DNA of 64,000 bases from a virus. Within the stretch, counting starts at the first letter, position 1. Each line of letters begins with the position of its first letter. Under the pieces are notes generated by a model. The model was not told the DNA's origin, did not search any database, and saw only the letters and a list, made by a program, of their open reading frames with translations. The translations under genes and the position numbers were made by a program. Of the stretch, positions 58,663 through 64,000 are shown piece by piece. The stretch lies in IMG/VR virus record IMGVR_UViG_3300044620_001904, positions 31,262 to 95,261 of that record; one strand, 5' to 3'.

Positions 58663-59526
58663 TTAAGCACAACCCCCTTCTTTACAGAACATTTGTTTTT
58701 CCTTTTCTCTTCTTGTTTTTAGACCAGAAAATCCCGGCTTATCACTTTTAAATGATAATATTTTATTTGCAGCACTTTTAAAATCACCCTTTTTAACATA
58801 ATCAATTACTTCATTTTCAGAACTACCACCTCTTAATGAACCGCAACCGGCATTAAATGCTAATGATGTTAAAGTGTCAAACATACTTTGGGTTATTGGT
58901 CTATTAATATTCTTAGATTGCCAATCTGAGAATATTCTTTTAACACAATCAGATGCCGATTGAGCATCTTTTCTTAATATTTTTTCAGCCGTTGATTGGT
59001 TTATTTTATTTTTGGGTTTCGCGTATTCACCCGTATGACCCCACCCTATTGTCCAAACATCACCCGGAACTTTATATGATTGTAAAACAGGTTGGCATTT
59101 TGATCCGGCTTTACCTTCTTCACATTTTAAAAAATTAATTAATTGTTCTGACGGTGATAAATTTGTTGGATTTTGTAAATTCAAACTTGGTTTGCTATAT
59201 TGAATATCACCTTCTTGATTAATTGTATGAGGAATATTTTTTTGATTTAATAGTTTTACGATCTCATTTTTTTCTGACTCAGTAAATTCCATAAAAGAAT
59301 TAACAATATCATAAAAATTTTCCTTATATTTTGTTTCTAATTTCTTATTTAACAATAAAAACATGTTTTTATTAGCAATTTTGTTAATTGCATCATAAAC
59401 TTTTTCTTCATCAGTTCCAACACCCGAAGTTGCGGTATATATTTGGTCGGCTAATGACTCAATTTTATCTGTCTTTACTTGCTCAATTAATCTTTGTAAT
59501 TGATTTTCTTTGATGATTAATTCCAT
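58663..59526 (-). CDS. GH24 lysozyme with annexin-like N-terminal segment
   Basis: EEG..Y..DVWTIGWGHT..FDTLTSLAFNAG..GLKTRREKE. Confidence 0.8.
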   Translation of the reverse strand: MELIIKENQLQRLIEQVKTDKIESLADQIYTATSGVGTDEEKVYDAINKIANKNMFLLLNKKLETKYKENFYDIVNSFMEFTESEKNEIVKLLNQKNIPHTINQEGDIQYSKPSLNLQNPTNLSPSEQLINFLKCEEGKAGSKCQPVLQSYKVPGDVWTIGWGHTGEYAKPKNKINQSTAEKILRKDAQSASDCVKRIFSDWQSKNINRPITQSMFDTLTSLAFNAGCGSLRGGSSENEVIDYVKKGDFKSAANKILSFKSDKPGFSGLKTRREKEKQMFCKEGGCA

Positions 59527-59597
59527 ACGATTTTATATATTATAAATATGTGTTGATATTAACTTATTTTATTCATATATTTTTGAAAAATTAAATT

Positions 59598-60023
59598 ATG
59601 AAAAAAATTCAAGACGGAGATACCGTAAAAGTTAATTACACAGGTAAATTTGAAGATGGTTCAGTTTTTGATTCATCATTGGTTGAAGGAAGACAACCAC
59701 TTACAGTAACATTGGGTCAAGGACAACTTATCCCTGGATTTGAGAAGGGTCTGATTGATATGGCGGTCGGAGAAACCAAAACTATTGAGATCCAACCAAA
59801 CGAAGCTTATGGTGAAGTGAATGAAGATATGTATCAAGAAGTTGAAAAATCGGTTTTACCCGAGGATTTACAAGTTGGTATGATGTTGCAAGCTAGCGGT
59901 CCGCAAGGTGTTTTTAATGTCTTAGTTAAAGAAATTAAAGAAACAACTGCTGTTTTAGACGCTAATCATCCATTGGCTGGTAAAAAACTATTTTTTGATT
60001 TAGAAGTAGTAGAGGTAGCTTAA
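59598..60023 (+). CDS. FKBP-type peptidyl-prolyl isomerase (SlyD/SlpA-like)
   Basis: YTGKFEDGSVFDSS..GQLIPGFE..AYG..DANHPLAGKKL. Confidence 0.9.
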   Translation: MKKIQDGDTVKVNYTGKFEDGSVFDSSLVEGRQPLTVTLGQGQLIPGFEKGLIDMAVGETKTIEIQPNEAYGEVNEDMYQEVEKSVLPEDLQVGMMLQASGPQGVFNVLVKEIKETTAVLDANHPLAGKKLFFDLEVVEVA

Positions 60024-60025
60024 AT

Positions 60026-60056
60026 CAAAAACCCCGATTTTGGTCGGGGTTTTTTT
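60026..60056 (+). terminator. intrinsic terminator
   Basis: AAAACCCCGA-TTTTGG-TCGGGGTTTTTTT. Confidence 0.75.
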
Positions 60057-60221
60057 AAAAATATAAAACATGAAAGTTACAGTTTTAGAAAAATTAGGAG
60101 AAGATCTCTATCTTGTTATGTCCGATGATGGACAAACTGCAATTGCCACTCAAACAGATATTGATAATCTTAAAAAAATAGGTAATCTACATACACCACA
60201 AAACGAACAAATATCAAATGA

Positions 60222-61397
60222 TTGATATTTATCATCATATATTATATGATGAAATTACAAAAAAAATTTATAAATGAGGTATTAGGAGTTCCTTCTAATA
60301 TTGAAAATGTCTCAAAAAGATTATTTAATTTCTTTTCTAAAAAAATAGAAGAAGAAGGTCAGAATATTATAGACCCCAATGAAAATTACCAATTTGAACT
60401 TCAGGGGAGATTTAAAATTGCTGATTTTAATTTTAATACTATTGATTTAAAATTGGGATTTATAGAGACTGAAAATGTTGATGAAATTACCATAATTAAT
60501 ATGGCGTTAGGTATTCAGGCAAGAATGGATCCCACATCTTTAAAGTTAATATCAAGAAAAACTAAAGGAATTAATTTAAGTGTCCGTTTTGCACTACCTA
60601 AATCAAAACAAACCAAATTCTCAGAACTACTTGATTTTGTTCAAATAGAAGAGTTAGAACTTCAATCTTCGTTCTCACATGAATTAATGCACGCATTTGA
60701 AGATTACAAAAAACCTTATGAAACTCCTGAAGGGAGGGCAAAATACTCTGCGTTACAAAATGTAAGTTTTGGCATTCCACCTTTAAATGAATTTATTTAT
60801 TATCTTTATTTTGCATCAGCAACCGAAAATGCTGTTAGACCTTCTGAAGTTAATTCAATAATGAAAAAAGGAGATGTCAGAAAAGATATGTTTGTTAATT
60901 TTTTATTGTCAAACAGAGTGTATAAAATGTATAAAGAGATAAGTAATTTTTCATTAAATAATTTAAGAAATGAAATGTTAAATCTTATGCCAAGAATTAA
61001 TGAAATATTAAGTATGTTCAATGAGCAAGATAATTTTGAAAATGATATTGATAAAGTGGATAGAATATTAGAATTATATTACATTAATTTAAGTAATGAG
61101 ATGATTGAACAATATAAAAATTTACTAACTACTGATTTTAATGAAATGTTTATTGGTTTTTCTGGTGATAAACGAAAATTGTATAACGATTTTATAAATG
61201 AAACTCAAAGATTTAAAAATAACCCTTTAAAATTTTTTGAATATCAGGAGAAAAAAATAAGAAACGTTTCAAATTATATGTTAAAAAAATTATCTAAGTT
61301 GTACGCCCTTATTGAAGATAAAAAATCAATTAAGAATTGGGATCTTCATACTAAAATAAATAAAAAAACTCAGATTGAATCAAAATACAGGTATTAA
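60222..61397 (+). CDS. hypothetical protein with HExxH motif
   Basis: SHELMHAF..TENAVR. Confidence 0.55.
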   Translation: MIFIIIYYMMKLQKKFINEVLGVPSNIENVSKRLFNFFSKKIEEEGQNIIDPNENYQFELQGRFKIADFNFNTIDLKLGFIETENVDEITIINMALGIQARMDPTSLKLISRKTKGINLSVRFALPKSKQTKFSELLDFVQIEELELQSSFSHELMHAFEDYKKPYETPEGRAKYSALQNVSFGIPPLNEFIYYLYFASATENAVRPSEVNSIMKKGDVRKDMFVNFLLSNRVYKMYKEISNFSLNNLRNEMLNLMPRINEILSMFNEQDNFENDIDKVDRILELYYINLSNEMIEQYKNLLTTDFNEMFIGFSGDKRKLYNDFINETQRFKNNPLKFFEYQEKKIRNVSNYMLKKLSKLYALIEDKKSIKNWDLHTKINKKTQIESKYRY

Positions 61398-61715
61398 ATG
61401 AAAAGGTTGGAACCGTTAATTGAAAAAATAATTTATTATTCGTATAAAGATAACATATTTAACGTAGAATTTAGAAATAAAGAAGTTTATTTGGGATCAT
61501 CTCCTGAACTGCCTGAAGAGGAAAGAACAATAAACCAAACGGTGATTATCATAACTCTTAATAATTTGGATTCCAAATTCCAAAATTATGAATTGAAAAA
61601 TATGCGTAGAGAGATTATAAATAAAATAGATAGTATTTTTAGTCTTAATTATATGTATTATGGTTCAAAGTGGGACTTTGAATTTAAAGTCGCTGAAATA
61701 AATAATTTACTATGA
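61398..61715 (+). CDS. hypothetical protein
   Basis: ORF in operon. Confidence 0.55.
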   Translation: MKRLEPLIEKIIYYSYKDNIFNVEFRNKEVYLGSSPELPEEERTINQTVIIITLNNLDSKFQNYELKNMRREIINKIDSIFSLNYMYYGSKWDFEFKVAEINNLL

Positions 61716-63340
61716 AAAAATTAGATTCAAATATAGTCAAAATACAAAAGATAATGAGGGTCTCTAATTTGATTACTGAAGCATCCAAAAAGGATGTATT
61801 GGTTAATAAAATTGGATTATCAGAAGAACTCGCCAATTATTTTGATGAAAAATGTGGAGGTTTAGCGGTTATAATGTTTAAAAAAATGATGTCATATCTA
61901 AAAGATAGATTTAGAGATTTTAATACCAATTACAACGATAAGGATATAATTGACATTATGAATAAAAATAAGGGTCCTGGTTATACAGAAAAAGAAAGAT
62001 TGCAATCTATCATGGATTGGGTTAGAGTTGGTCTTAATGGAAGATTAAATCAATATCAAGATTTAGGTTTTTATGAATTATATGAAAAATCAAAAGAATG
62101 GCATGATTCATTAAATTTAGGACAAGGAGATATTAATTACAAAGAAGAAAATGATATTATAAAAGATTTCAGAGATGAAAAAGGTAATGGATTTTATTGG
62201 GCTGACTTAAATACAAATTCTTCAGATGAAGAATGTAAAAGAATGGGTCATTGCGGAAGGACAGGTTCAAATAACAATTTATATTCATTAAGAGAGCAAA
62301 GGCAATTACCTGGTGGTAAATTTTCATTGAATAAAAGTCATTTAACCGCATCTATAGGTAATGATGGAACATTATATCAATTAAAAGGACCTAAAAACAG
62401 TAAGCCTCAAGAAGAATATCATAAATACATTTTACCTTTATTTTTTGTTTTGGGTGGAGGTGGAGAACAAGAAGACTATTTAATACAAGGGTTTGGTTCA
62501 GAATACGCCTCAAATTTGGATTTCAAAATAACCGACTTACCTGACGATACAATAAAGGAACTTTATACTCAAAGACCCGAACTTTTTAGTGGTTACTCTT
62601 TAAGAAAAAAACTTAGAGATATGGGTCTTATAGAGATGCCTTCTTTTGGTGAATTTATACTTGAAATTCCAACCAAATATATAGACAACTATGTTGACGG
62701 AGATTTTGTGACACATACAAGAAGATGGACGGATGAAAATGGAAATAAAAGAGAAAAACGTACATATTTTTTTGAGGCGTTATTAACTGACCCTTGGGAT
62801 TTTTGGGATAATTGGGACAATCAAGATTGGAAATCCGCATTGGAATATTATGTAGATAAAGAAAATGAAAAAAAGATTAGAGATTATCTTATGAGCTTAG
62901 CAGAAAATCCTTCGGAATATGAAGACATATCATTGGAGGAAATGGTAGATGAATTAGATGATGATAACCAAGTTCAGAATGCTTTAATGTCAGCTGCGAA
63001 TGATTGCGAACGCGATGATTATGTCAATGCTTTACAAGAACATATGAAAGAACTTTTAGAACTGTATGGCGATGTAATAAAATTAGATGATCAAGGTGCT
63101 GAAATCAAAGTTGATTTAGAAAACTTTATTGATAACAACGTAGAAAATGATGAATGGTTATTTGAAGTTATTGATAATTGTGGTGAAAAAAGTTCAGAAT
63201 GTATATTTTCAGAGATAATTTCAGATTATGGTTTTGATAAACCAAAATGGAATTTTGATGATAGGTTCATTCCAGATGTAGATGAAAGATTGTTTAATGA
63301 GGTTTTGTCAGATAGATTGAGCGATTTCATTAAAAATTAG
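61712..63340 (+). CDS. hypothetical protein
   Basis: 542 aa; MGHCG..QLKGPKNSKP motif. Confidence 0.6.
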   Translation: MKKLDSNIVKIQKIMRVSNLITEASKKDVLVNKIGLSEELANYFDEKCGGLAVIMFKKMMSYLKDRFRDFNTNYNDKDIIDIMNKNKGPGYTEKERLQSIMDWVRVGLNGRLNQYQDLGFYELYEKSKEWHDSLNLGQGDINYKEENDIIKDFRDEKGNGFYWADLNTNSSDEECKRMGHCGRTGSNNNLYSLREQRQLPGGKFSLNKSHLTASIGNDGTLYQLKGPKNSKPQEEYHKYILPLFFVLGGGGEQEDYLIQGFGSEYASNLDFKITDLPDDTIKELYTQRPELFSGYSLRKKLRDMGLIEMPSFGEFILEIPTKYIDNYVDGDFVTHTRRWTDENGNKREKRTYFFEALLTDPWDFWDNWDNQDWKSALEYYVDKENEKKIRDYLMSLAENPSEYEDISLEEMVDELDDDNQVQNALMSAANDCERDDYVNALQEHMKELLELYGDVIKLDDQGAEIKVDLENFIDNNVENDEWLFEVIDNCGEKSSECIFSEIISDYGFDKPKWNFDDRFIPDVDERLFNEVLSDRLSDFIKN

Positions 63341-64000
63341 TCGGTTTCCTTTGAAGCGTATTTAACACCCATTATTGTTCCTATAATACTAAAAGCATTT
63401 GTAAGTAATATACCAAACATATTAGACCAAGTAGAACCGATTATTTGAGTGTCTTTATTATTATATAAAGCGATACCATACATTATTGTGGTCACCAATC
63501 CAACTGTTATAATAACACCTAAAGAAACCTTAACTATTCTTTCAATCAATCTAGTTTGTGTCTTTTTTTGAAGAACATCTAAATCACTTTCAACTATTTT
63601 TTTTGCATTTTCAGCTTCAATTCTAGCCTGTTCAGATTTTAACATTTCCTGCTGTAATTCCAAACTTATTTTTTCATTTTCATCTCTCCATAAAATTAAT
63701 TCTCTGTTTTGATGCTCAAGTTGTAATTTTGTGTCCTCAACAGATGATAAACTTAATTTAAGTTCGTCCAAAATTCTTTGATTTTCTAAATTTAAAGATA
63801 CTAACTCCTCGTTTTTAAATTGGATCTGTTTTGTAATATCTAATCTTTTTCTTCTATGTTCTTTATCCTTTTCTAAACAAGTTTTAATATACTCCTCAAA
63901 TTGTGTGTCACCAGAATAATCAATAACTCTAATAATATTTCCCTCAAGACATATGTTTTTTGTCTCACAGAGATTTATTAGTTGTTGCCTTACTTGTTTG
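63337..64000 (-). CDS. coiled-coil membrane protein, 5' end outside the window
   Basis: frame appears open upstream of 63771; two C-terminal TM helices. Confidence 0.55.
   Translation of the reverse strand, partial: KQVRQQLINLCETKNICLEGNIIRVIDYSGDTQFEEYIKTCLEKDKEHRRKRLDITKQIQFKNEELVSLNLENQRILDELKLSLSSVEDTKLQLEHQNRELILWRDENEKISLELQQEMLKSEQARIEAENAKKIVESDLDVLQKKTQTRLIERIVKVSLGVIITVGLVTTIMYGIALYNNKDTQIIGSTWSNMFGILLTNAFSIIGTIMGVKYASKETD

Noticed and set aside
1193-62840. Many short ORFs antisense or out of frame within longer genes (e.g. 1193, 2447, 4491, 31197, 50649, 52262)
   Set aside because: Shadow frames of well-supported genes
1-64000. Stop-codon reassignment, seen in some huge phages
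   Set aside because: ORFs tile densely in the standard code, TAG and TGA end genes, and no suppressor tRNA was found

Overview
AT-rich (~30% GC), gene-dense segment of a large (jumbo/huge) dsDNA phage genome read in the standard code. The likely host is a Bacteroidota bacterium, based on recurring TTTG-N19-21-TAnnTTTG promoters, a T9SS-substrate-like gene and type VI-B-like repeats. Left arm: probable virion/head proteins, a nucleotidyltransferase-M15-PGBD-lysozyme fusion, KTSC, Hsp20, a ClpC-like ATPase and a peptidase. 13.4-15.9 kb: a tmRNA, a ~880-nt GOLLD-like structured RNA and a tRNA-Met-like gene. 17.3-23.7 kb: an RNA-repair island (Rnl1-like ligase, AEP-like protein, a second RNA ligase fractured by a split intein around a free-standing endonuclease, a phosphoesterase and a cyclic-phosphate receiver-like protein). 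23.7-29.5 kb: 24 minus-strand tRNA genes in two clusters, plus tRNA-like shells and unknown structured RNAs. Right arm: GMP reductase, thioesterase, a Cas-less mini CRISPR array fused to a gene end, Thr/Gly-rich fibre-like proteins, DenV-like glycosylase, lysozyme and FKBP. The main discovery is that each tRNA cluster is preceded by promoter -> short leader ORF -> antiterminator/terminator -> boxA-like motif. The codons of each leader match the tRNAs of its own cluster (leader 2 core TTADRTEAE before the Glu-Ala-Asp-Arg-Thr tRNAs; leader 1 holds 17 amino acids, lacking only A/D/E, before the other 19 tRNAs). This suggests translation-coupled attenuators that sense tRNA loss and switch on replacement tRNAs. 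All calls were made by eye from the sequence; no database searches were run.
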